The notes under the pieces: model-generated
Told to the model about the DNA's origin: nothing
Seen by the model: only the letters and a program-made list of their open reading frames with translations
Database searches by the model: none
Shown here: piece by piece, positions 1-10,100 of the stretch
How positions within the stretch are numbered: position 1 is the stretch's first letter
How the letters are laid out: each line of letters opens with the position of its first letter
NCBI GenBank assembly: GCA_027923505.1
Contig: BROI01000018.1
Span: 496,001-560,000 of the forward strand
Reading direction: 5' to 3'
DNA: 64,000 bases
Source of the DNA: Mayamaea pseudoterrestris
Taxonomy: Eukaryota
Made by a program: the position numbers and the translations under genes

Positions 1-1
1 A

Positions 2-826
2 ATCTATGCGACTAGCCCTATAAGCGAAGGAGGACTTGGCCTAAGCCGCGTATGCGTCATCGATGCGGACGCCCATCACGGTAATGGAACTCAGGACATC
101 TTATGTTCTACATATGATCCCCGCTTCCTCTATATTTCCATGCACGCAGGAGGAGCAGAGGTAAACGGTGCACCCAGTCTGGACCAAGATGACCCCAACA
201 ATGAGCTGCATAATCTACCGAGCAATCCAAAGTCGGGCGGCATTTATCCTGGACGATGTGGTGACACGTCTCCGCACAAGGGTGTGTTAAATATTCCACT
301 TGGTGCGAGAGTGACTCCGCATGATGTCGGAACTGCATTGGTCCAGCACGTGACACCCGCTGTTGACAATTTTTCGCCCGACTTGATCATTCTTTCGGCT
401 GGCTTTGACGCGCATAAGAATGATCCCATGGGTCTTGGAGCGTTGTCCGCTAAAGATTTTGGACACATTACAGAGGTTGTGTGCGCGTTGGCGTTCAAGT
501 CATGCAGCGGTCGCGTTGTGAGCGTTTTAGAAGGCGGGTATGGCGTTCCATGCTGTCGGCCCCAGCGAGCTGAAGTCTACTGCTTGCCTGTTGTAGCACC
601 AACTGCTGATGCCGCATCTGCTAGTGGAACGGCTTTGGAACCGACTCAGCAGTCACGAGATAGACCACAGCCTGCTTCACTATTGGACCTTGGTGAGGAT
701 CTGCCAGACTCTATGGACGACCAAGTTCCATATGCCTTGCAACGGCGGTTGGAGAAATGCCATGCCGAGGGCTTTGTTGAATGTGTTAAGGAGCATGTCG
801 CTGCTCTAGCCAAGTGCGCCGAGTAG
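2..826 (+). CDS. Histone deacetylase family protein, C-terminal part (5' end outside window)
   Basis: The frame is open from the window start and reads RVCVIDADAHHGNGTQD, then YISMH, PDLIILSAGFDAHKNDPMG and VSVLEGGY. These are Zn-dependent HDAC (class II-like) motifs. Confidence 0.92.
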   Translation: MYATSPISEGGLGLSRVCVIDADAHHGNGTQDILCSTYDPRFLYISMHAGGAEVNGAPSLDQDDPNNELHNLPSNPKSGGIYPGRCGDTSPHKGVLNIPLGARVTPHDVGTALVQHVTPAVDNFSPDLIILSAGFDAHKNDPMGLGALSAKDFGHITEVVCALAFKSCSGRVVSVLEGGYGVPCCRPQRAEVYCLPVVAPTADAASASGTALEPTQQSRDRPQPASLLDLGEDLPDSMDDQVPYALQRRLEKCHAEGFVECVKEHVAALAKCAE

Positions 827-987
827 ATTGGCTCTCGAGATCGACGTTAACTGTAAAATGTATGCGACGCGATATGCTATATACCCATATCTCCGTGACA
901 AGTATACAAAACAAAGACTAGTATAATCCTTTGCTCGCGAGGTTGATTCGTTTATAATGTGATATTTAGTCTGACGTTCTTTACAGT

Positions 988-1290
988 TTACATCATTTCT
1001 TGCCCATGCGGTTTACCATGCTCGAGCATGTACTGCACAATTTCATCATGGCTTCGCTCTGAGCCAAAGACGTGCTCCAATTCCCTCTTGGATGGCTGCA
1101 GCAAAGTTCCTGAAGTGCCAGTATCATAGCGAAAGACGGTAAAGTCATCTAATACTTGGGCGAGCGGAATGGAAGGATCCTTCTTCCACTTTTTGTAGGC
1201 CTCATTGTCGACGAGCACGACAAACGAATGCGGATGATCCGACGATGTACTCTTTTCATGAGGAGTGTAGACGAGCTTGGTGAGTGTCAT
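988..1290 (-). CDS. Small SBDS N-terminal (FYSH) domain protein, Rtc3/YHR087W-like
   Basis: 100 aa from the ATG at 1290. The stretch FVVLVD..AYKKWKKDPSIPLAQVLDDFTVF...PSKRELEHVFG....EIVQYMLEHG matches the stand-alone FYSH domain pattern. Confidence 0.75.
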   Translation of the reverse strand: MTLTKLVYTPHEKSTSSDHPHSFVVLVDNEAYKKWKKDPSIPLAQVLDDFTVFRYDTGTSGTLLQPSKRELEHVFGSERSHDEIVQYMLEHGKPHGQEMM

Positions 1291-1629
1291 GGTTGATTTA
1301 TATATTGTAGCAGCAATTGTTTGAAGGTCTATAGTCAAATTGGATGCGCAAATGCAAATTGTGGGAAGAATCGCGAGCAATCGAAGAAACTCCAGCGACC
1401 GGCTTGCGCGCAGCTGTTTCGAACGCCTGAGCGCACCTCGGCGCGCATCCATGAAGATCCAAATCGTTTCTCATTGGCCAAAAGGCTTCCCTTGCGGAGA
1501 GCCTCTTGCTTGTTTGCCTTCCAATGATCGACGGACATTGCTGCGACCATCCACCTTTGCTGTCCATCCTTGTTGTCTGTATCTTTCCTATTCGCTTAGA
1601 TTTAAACTAGCGATTTAAATATATATATC

Positions 1630-2871
1630 ATGAAAAGACCCATTAAAATGTTTTCAGGTCTGTGGTGCCTCCTCTTCTGCTTGTCATTCAGCAGCATTTC
1701 AGCCGACGAGGATGTTGCTAATGTTCGCAGCAGCCTTGATGAGGCGACGCAATTGGGATCTTGCGATGATGCCGTCACCTCAAAGTACGCGGAAATGATG
1801 CAAGACATGGAGATTCAGCATGCGCAGCAATTGGAGGAATCTCAAGCGACTTGCTCGTCAGACATGCAGCGCCACCTTTCCGCTTCGCAAGAGTCGGTTC
1901 AGGAATACAAGGAATTGGCCGAGCAAGCGCAAACGCAGCAGCAAGAGTTGCAGAATCAACTGGAAGCTGCGAATAGACAAGCGGAGGAGCAAAAGAATCA
2001 GTTGGAGCAAGAGATGCAAACTCTCAGCACGAGATATAACGAGTTGCAAGGCAGTCATGCAAACGTTGCTGCCGAGCTGGAAAGTGCACGCGCTTCGCTC
2101 ACCTTGTCACGTGACAAGCTAGCAGAGACTCAAACTGAACTAGACAATGTTCGTCAAGAATTTGAAGTGATTCGAAATCAATACTTTAACCGGCAGTTGT
2201 TTCACCGCTGGTGCCAGGAGCATAAAGATGCAGTGGAATCCTTTTATCGCAACAAGGTACTCCCATTCTTAAGATCGACCAAGGAAACCATTCTTCATGT
2301 ATATCAACAAATTACAACGAAGTATCATGAATTATGCGTCGCGTTGGAGCCAGTTTGGGACGCCATCGTAAAAGTTTCCAAGCAGGCGTATGCGCATTTA
2401 CATGCCGGCTGGCAAACCGTTTCAACCAAAACGGCTCCACACGTCGACCAAGCTCGGGCAATCTTTCACGAAAAGGCGGGGCCGCATTTAGCTGTTGCGT
2501 CAGAAAAGGTGGGTCACTACAAGTCGCAGGCTTCTCAGGCACTGCAGAATAGTCCAGTTTATCCGGTTTATCTCAAGGGCATGGACCTTTTGACGCTAGT
2601 GCAGAAGCACATTGTCGGAGGATTGAGCCACGCCGCGACGGGCGTGCTCACTCTGCTTGAGCAGCATGCCGAAAAAGTACCGGAAAAGCTAGTGGTCGGC
2701 GTCTCATACGTCAAGGAGCATTCCACAAATGTCGCCGTTTACTTGGAGGGTAGCATTGCGACCTTGCTTGTTATTTTGATATTGAATTCAGCTTTTGGGG
2801 GAGGCGGCCGAGCGCATCGACGGGTAATGGCGAATGGATATCCGACCAAGTCGAAAGTGAAGAAAGCATAG
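1630..2871 (+). CDS. Secretory-pathway coiled-coil membrane protein, function unknown
   Basis: 413-aa ORF with an N-terminal signal peptide, a long Q/E heptad coiled coil, a C-terminal TM helix and a basic tail (KSKVKKA, possible ER-retrieval signal). Confidence 0.75.
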   Translation: MKRPIKMFSGLWCLLFCLSFSSISADEDVANVRSSLDEATQLGSCDDAVTSKYAEMMQDMEIQHAQQLEESQATCSSDMQRHLSASQESVQEYKELAEQAQTQQQELQNQLEAANRQAEEQKNQLEQEMQTLSTRYNELQGSHANVAAELESARASLTLSRDKLAETQTELDNVRQEFEVIRNQYFNRQLFHRWCQEHKDAVESFYRNKVLPFLRSTKETILHVYQQITTKYHELCVALEPVWDAIVKVSKQAYAHLHAGWQTVSTKTAPHVDQARAIFHEKAGPHLAVASEKVGHYKSQASQALQNSPVYPVYLKGMDLLTLVQKHIVGGLSHAATGVLTLLEQHAEKVPEKLVVGVSYVKEHSTNVAVYLEGSIATLLVILILNSAFGGGGRAHRRVMANGYPTKSKVKKA

Positions 2872-3108
2872 TTGTGAAGAAGCGGCGAAATGTAAGAGTT
2901 TCCTCATGGAATCTCGTTACCTTGGAACAACGACTTATGTTATCTATTTTACATGCGTACTTAGCAGATGACTTTATAAAAGTGCAGCAATTGTGCGTAT
3001 CTATGATGGCCGTATAGTGTTTACATGCGTTGTAAATACAAACTCATTGAGCAATGGAGGATAATAGAAGGGTATGTCGCAACCCCCGAAGTTACTACGA
3101 GTAGCTTT

Positions 3109-6100
3109 TCATCCAACCGCCGGCGCCACAGCAACATTCGCCGAAACTGCGTCTGCGGGTCGACTAGCCTTCAGCAGATATTTTATGTCGCCCCAGGCAA
3201 TCGGTTTGCCTATCACACTGTTAAAGCCACTCGGAGCTTGCACAAACGCATATTTGTCGAAAGGTGACGGAATGTCCACGTCGCTGACAAGCACAAGATT
3301 GCGCTGGCGACCCAAGCGATGTTCGTGTTCCCATTGGCGAAACTGTACAATACTTTGGGTACCACCTAGGCCCTCCAAGTCATCGTCAATGAGTACCAAA
3401 TCCCAAATCCGCATTTGCAAAAGACGAAACGCATCATCACCATCGTGCACTGTGACAACTTTCCAATGAACTTGCTCAAGCTCGCGAAAGGCTTCGACGG
3501 CAGTTGCAGTAGGTCGATCCATCGCAACCAAGCATACCCGTTGAGCGCCTTTGTGAGATAGGCTGCCAATGCGCTGGCGCTTCTTTCCAAACTCCGACTC
3601 GTCGTTTATAACGGACGAGGTCGACAGTTCGTCGTCTGTATCACGCTTGCGAGACGCCGTGTCGTCGCTATCGTCGGTAGGATTGCCGCTGGAACCACTG
3701 GAGCCTTCTACATGCATCTCAAGCTCAGAAGCAACATCCAAAACCTTGGCGTGAGATACGACTTCGGCGCTTTCACAAATCTCTGTCAAGTTTTTAATTG
3801 TGATGGGTTTTGCACGAAAATCGTCCATTCCAGCCTTAAAACTCTGCGAGGCTGCATCTGGGTTCGTGTGCGCAGATATACCGATTATAATCTGCTTCGG
3901 TGATGGTCGATTTGCTCGTTCCCACTCTCGATACTGTTTAACTGAGTCAAATCCATCCATAATTGGCATTAATAAGTCGCAAAGTACAAAGTCAAAAATA
4001 GTTTCTTTCATACGCGTAAGCCCTTCCCATCCATTCACCGCCTGGACTACATCGTATCCAACTTTCGATAAAGCAATTCCAATGCTCTTGCGAATTACAA
4101 GCGAATCGTCAATGACAAGGGCCTTTCGTGTTCTTGGTCCAGAAGGCAACGGCAACGCATCGTGAGAATTTAAAGCCAGGTCACCGCCGTGTTTGATAGT
4201 CTCGTAGGCATCGATGCTTGATAAGGGAGGTCCGAACATGTCCTGCCCGCCATTACTTGCTAAAGCAATACTTCCTTGCCCGATTTCACTCGTCGGACTC
4301 CAGCCGAGCATACTTGATGGTGTATGGCTCCTGACTATTGTATTTAATGGATTGGCGTCGTAGCCTCGCATAGGCGCGGAGCCATGAGAATAAGATGGGT
4401 AGTCGAATGTTTTCTTCGTCAGCGTACGACTCAGGGATGGATCCGAGCAAGTTGATAGCCAAGGGGACATACCGACGTTCTTGATTGGCAGTTGAATTCC
4501 ATTCGCTCCGAGGCTATCAGGAGCGAACAACGGCACGCTGAACCAAAATATAGAACCAGTCTCATGTCGGCTTTTAGGACCAGGCAGTCTCACAGATTTA
4601 TCAACGCGCGGCCGGAACCCGCATTCTCCGTCGAGTGATGAAATTAAGGATGCCACCGACGAAAGGCACATGCGAAGACTTCCATCCTCACGCTTGCTCG
4701 GTTTAAAAAGGTACTGGTACGTCTCGACAGGAACATCATCAGCCGTATCCTCGATTTCAAAAACAAGCGCCGCTCTTGTCCGACTTGGAGCTATTCGCAA
4801 TTGGACGCCGCCCTTCTGCGTGCGATATACTGCACTCGATAGTAAATTTAGCGCAGATCGAAACAATTTCAAGTCGTCGCAAAGGATTAACGGTGGAACA
4901 GCAGGATCTATGCGTATCACAACTGGCACTTGCTTGTGGATAGGGCCAGTCAGCATTCGCAAACTCTTGATCAGCTCATCAATCTTGGTGACGGCAAGAA
5001 TATCCGACGATTCGTCGTGCAGTAGATCGGGGTCGAGGCCAAGTTCACTGCCACCACCTCCTTGCAAGGCATCGCTTGCCGATTTGCAGATGCGAATCAT
5101 GAGCTCGGAACATGTAGAAGCTGTAGACAGGAGCTCGGCTTGCTGATATGACAGTTTTTCCTTCATTTCATTGTCGCCAGCTAGCAGTGAGAGCGACAAT
5201 TGTACACCACTGAGTGGAGTCATCAAATCATGAGCTGCAGTTTCGAGAGCAGCGCCGAATCGGTAGGTGTGAGTCAGACTGCAGCAACTTCATAGGTACT
5301 GTTTCGTAAAGGCTGTCTCTTACTCAGACGCACGTACCTGTATATGCAATAAACTGGGCTGGATTCCCTTCCCTCTGCTTCTCTTTCCTTCGACTGACTA
5401 AAACATCAACAACCATGCGAGCCATGTCCATGAGCGTCGCTTGGTCATCCTCTGTGAAGCAAGTCCGAGGCTCAAAGTCTACCAAGCACAAGGCGCCAAG
5501 CTTGTAACCTTCTGGTGCAAGCAAGGATGCGCCTGCGTAGAATCGTAAATGCGAATCGCCAGTAACGAGAGCATTGTCGTGGAATCGAAAGTCCTTGGTA
5601 GCATCCAATACAATCATCATTCCACTCTTAGACAACACAGCGTGTGAGCAAAACCCAGTGGCACGCGGTGACTCGACCACATCAAAGTTTTGAGTTGACA
5701 GGAACCATTGCCGGCCTGAAAATCATGATGAAGTGTGTGAGGTTGATAGAAGGGGAAATGAAATTGAAAATAACAAACGGGTAGACGCTCGCTCCTATTT
5801 GCGCATCTCAAGTCGTACTTTGGTTCTCGTAATGATCCATTACAGCCTCTGCTCATAAACAATGCAAAATGCCTTACCTAAATCAACTAAAGTGATGATT
5901 GCAACTGGCGTTTTAAAGACTCGCGTCGCCATGCTTGTAATGCGATCGAAGGCTTCCTCGCGATCCGATTCCAAAATTTCATAGCTCTTCAAAACCTGTA
6001 AACGTCGTATTTCTTGCTTCATGGACTGTGTCTCCGTCGTTTCTGGATCGTACACGGGAAGAACCCAATCAAGAGTAGTATCGAATGAGACTTCTTCTGC

Positions 6101-6250
6101 TTCTATTCTTTCTGGCGCTGCAGGCAGCTCATCCGTTGCCATGTCACTGCTGCCATGCTCGTTCAGTTCCATTGACATGAGAGCCTTGCGCAAATCGTCT
6201 TCATTGTCATAGTCAAGTACAGATCGGTTTGATCTTTCTTTTCGTGACAT
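3109..6250 (-). CDS. GAF-HisKA-HATPase-REC-REC hybrid histidine kinase-like protein; 3 exons (6250-5878, 5715-5338, 5234-3109)
   Basis: GT-AG splicing joins LVDLG|RQWFLS (GAF: FCSHAV, LRFYAGASL) and YT|AHDLMTPL (H-box). Two receiver domains follow: LVIDD...DFVLCDLLMPIMDG...KP and DLVLIDD...KP. Confidence 0.85.
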
Positions 6251-7152
6251 TATAAAAGGGCTTGAAAGAAGAATTGTGCTATGTGTAAAGCTGTCTTAGA
6301 ATCGGATGGCAATGGATTGTTGGGCTACTTTCTCTCCCTTCGTATCCGCACGGTGTGGTAATCACTAGCTCTTATCACTGGCTCTCAGGTCAGCTACAGT
6401 ATATACAATAGCAGCGATTTCCATTACCAATAGCTCAATCGATCATTCATCTGTCGGCACCACGAGATGGAGAAACATCGGTGGAAGGCCGTCCGAACTC
6501 GGCCGTCGAGGAAGGAGAGTTTACACTGTTTGCGCTACAGTGACGCATGAACCGCGTCGAGAATTCCAATGGCTATTGCCCTTCCCGTTCGTCACTCCGC
6601 GCTGACGCGAAGATGTTTCGGTGGCTGTAGGTTAAGTAGTACAAAAGAACGGACGGACTATTAATGTTCCCCCGGTCAACGCCAGAACTTCAATGTGCAC
6701 CAATATGTAACTCCGATTGGACCAATGGCTTAGCTATGTGTACGTAGCAGCAGTTTGTTTCGTCCCTACGACTCCTTAATGACTTCTGAACCAAGACGTA
6801 TTGCAGGAGTAATAATGAAACGCACCAGGGCTACAGCATGGCAAGATGAACAGGTTGCAACAAACGATGGGGCGATATGAGCCCCGGTACGACGCACGCT
6901 AGTCGGAACGGTACTTCGACACGACCATGGCTCGATCCATCACCATGGAATAATGATCGAAGCAGCGGCACCGTTTTCGTAAGCAAGGAAGAGAGCGGTA
7001 GAAATTGATTTACACTAGACAGTGTACAGATTTTCCATCACTGAACTCCGTTCAAATCAGCGAAGAAAACTTCCTGCGATCCGACAGACGGCTGCAATCA
7101 ACAATCCACACCCATCAAGCAATTAACTTGTATATGCTATTCTAGTAAAGTC

Positions 7153-10100
7153 ATGCAAGGGGCAGCTGAAGCGACAGCAGGCGAGGAACGGAAACGGCGA
7201 GCTTTGAAAGAAAAGGAACTAAAGATTGCAAGGGCTGCTTCTCAATTACGGCGGCAACATTTACACGCAAGAATGCAAAACTACTACGTTTCGCAGCAAA
7301 ATATACAAGCGGATCATGTCATTATCAGCACCGAAGAAGACATTGATCATCTGGTTCAGTTCTTAGCCGCGCACAGGACATCCGAGCGTCAACAGCAACG
7401 GCAGGAGCGGGACGGAGTCGACTTGACAACAAGTCTTGCACTCGTTCCAATCCTTTATCCTTCGACGCTTGCAACAGCAGCACCATTACGCGCAACTGGA
7501 GCTGTACTTGCGCATGACGCAACGCAATACACGCGTCTTATGGAAGCAGCCGACTTTGTCATTGTGTTTGACGATGATGGTGAGAAGAAGCGAATGGCTG
7601 AAAAGCAAGCCTGGTTTGACGACTTGCTTGTGGCGGCTAAAGCCCGAGCCAATATTCGACAGCAGCAGCAGGAACAGCCAACCGATTCGACCAGCCATAC
7701 TGCTAAAGTTCCCTTACTCTGGGTATGTTTTGATCCAAACAATCAAGTTGGAACGAGAGTCATGGTGCGCAAGAGAAGGGAGCTGGCGGCCATAATCGTT
7801 TCGCATGTGCAAGCAGAGTGGAAGCAAGATTTGATTGAATGGGTGGCACGCATGCAGCAACAACGATTGGCGTTAAACGGAGCAACTGATGATGAAGAAC
7901 ATTTTTTGCCAGAAGGAGATGCGTCGATCGGGAAGAGGCAGCAGCTATATCATGCATCCACCGCAAGTGGTGCATCAACTGGTGGATCCGAAGAGCTTGC
8001 AGACTCGCGAGTAATCGATTTGACTTACGAGACTGACACTTCTGAGGATTCCAAGTCTGACAAAAAGCCGAATAAAAAACGGAAGCGAGTTCAAAGTAAT
8101 ATTGATGCAGTGGAAGACGATGAAGAGGTTGCGTCGACCAGCGCCATGCAGCTCCGTCGTCGAGAGCCAAAGCACGAGTATCAGCCCTTGTGGTTGACGA
8201 ACAGGTTGCAACTACAACAAGAGCAGTATCTCATTGTCAGCGCGCCGCCAGATCTGGGGCGTCTTCATAAATTTCTGAAGGCGCACGGTAATTGTTTGTC
8301 AAGAAAGGAGCTACGCGATGAAGCAGCTAGCAGCAAGGTTCTCTTTCCGATCGTTTACTCAAATTATGGGAGTCAATCAAATTCTGTTCATGTTCATGAT
8401 ATTGTCCGGTGCTCCTCACTGTTAGCGAAAGCAAAGCTTGTCATTTTGTTTGACGACCCTGGCCCACGTACAAGTAAGCGCCAAAACTTGTTTGACAAGC
8501 TGCTTTCCGGCATTTTAGACAAAGTCAGAGAGCGTCAAGAAGATCACCACCACCAAAATGGGTTCAATGTCCCATTCTTTTGGGTTTGTTTCGATCCGAA
8601 CAATCAGGCCGGACAGGCTGTGGTGCCAAAGAAAAATGTGTTGGCGGCAATAGTCATCACTGAAATTCATGATCCTTGGCAAAATAGAAAATTGCCAGAA
8701 TGGATCAAAGGAATGCAACGATGGCGACAGCAGACGCAGCGAACGATGTTAGGAATGAAGGGAAGGGAGCAAGGTCACGGTATTGTAGTCGCAGCGCATG
8801 GAACGGCTATATCGGCAGGCGGTGCTGCAACATCCGCGAAGGATGCACTTACGGAAGCTAAGTGTGAAGAAGAAAATCATGCTTTACTTACCAACAGTGA
8901 TCGCACTGCCTTTATTCGTACCATTAGTGGTAATACGCGTGAAGTAGTCGATCGAAATGGCGACTCTGCGACTGGGTTGGCTGGCGAAGATTCTCAGCTT
9001 ATCGAACAAGCGGAAGAAAAGCCGTATCCTTTCCTTTCTCCGCCGCGACATACGCACTTACTTGGATTCATAAGCGCCCACGAAAATGCTTCCAAGAAAC
9101 GGCGCAAGCAAGCCGCGAAGGAAGAATTCGCCTTTGAAAATGTACTCAAACCAATCCTTCTTCCGAACCTTATGGCAGATACTGACTCTATTGATTATTT
9201 GATAAGGGAGGCGAGGGCATTGATGGAAAATGCAGCGTACATCATCATTCTTCGTAACGTCGAGAAGCCGAGCCGCTCACGAGAAATCTTCCAGAAACAA
9301 TTAATCGAAGAAACCGCACAACTAAACGAGATATCACGAGGACGCGTTAAATATTGCTTCTTCGTCGATCGGACGAACTGTATAGGGCGTGCGGTGAAGC
9401 AAAAGCGCAAGGAGCTGGCAGCAGTGGTTGTCACCAAGATTCGCCCCGAGTGGCAAAACAACTTACCGACAGGGGATTGGATGATGGATGGAACCGCCGA
9501 CTCGCAGCAACATGAGAAACAAGCATTGCACATTGAGCAGCAACGGCAAACAGAAGCTTCATTTGGGGCTATCCATGATTCCATCTCCATTAGTGCATCA
9601 AATGCGGAAGGAGACGCTCCACTTTCTATTATCACACGAAAACGACTGGAAAGCAGTGAATCGCAGTTTCGAGATGCGCCACTCGAGTTGGTAGCTGAAG
9701 ACATGCAGCATAATTCTGCAGTTACTCGCAATCCGGCTCAAAATTACCCACTCCATTACAGTCAGATCACGTCGAATGAAGCATGTTCGCAGCTGCACAC
9801 GACGTCGACGCAAGGGATCAGGTCGACAGCGTCAGCCGAGTTGTCACGAGTATCGTTTAGTCAGAGTACAAACGACTCTTTATTGAGTATGCGAGATACG
9901 CAATGCAACGATACTCGATCAGCAAATGAAGACACCGCACCTTCGCGAATTGATGAGTCTATAGTCTCTTCAAATTTATCGGGAAGCACAATAAAAACCC
10001 AAATGTTGCTGGAAGAAGAATTAATGACTTACGAAGCGACGGTGGGGTTGTTAAAAGCACGCAAAGAACAAGTTGATACTGCGTTAGCGGATAAGCTGGG

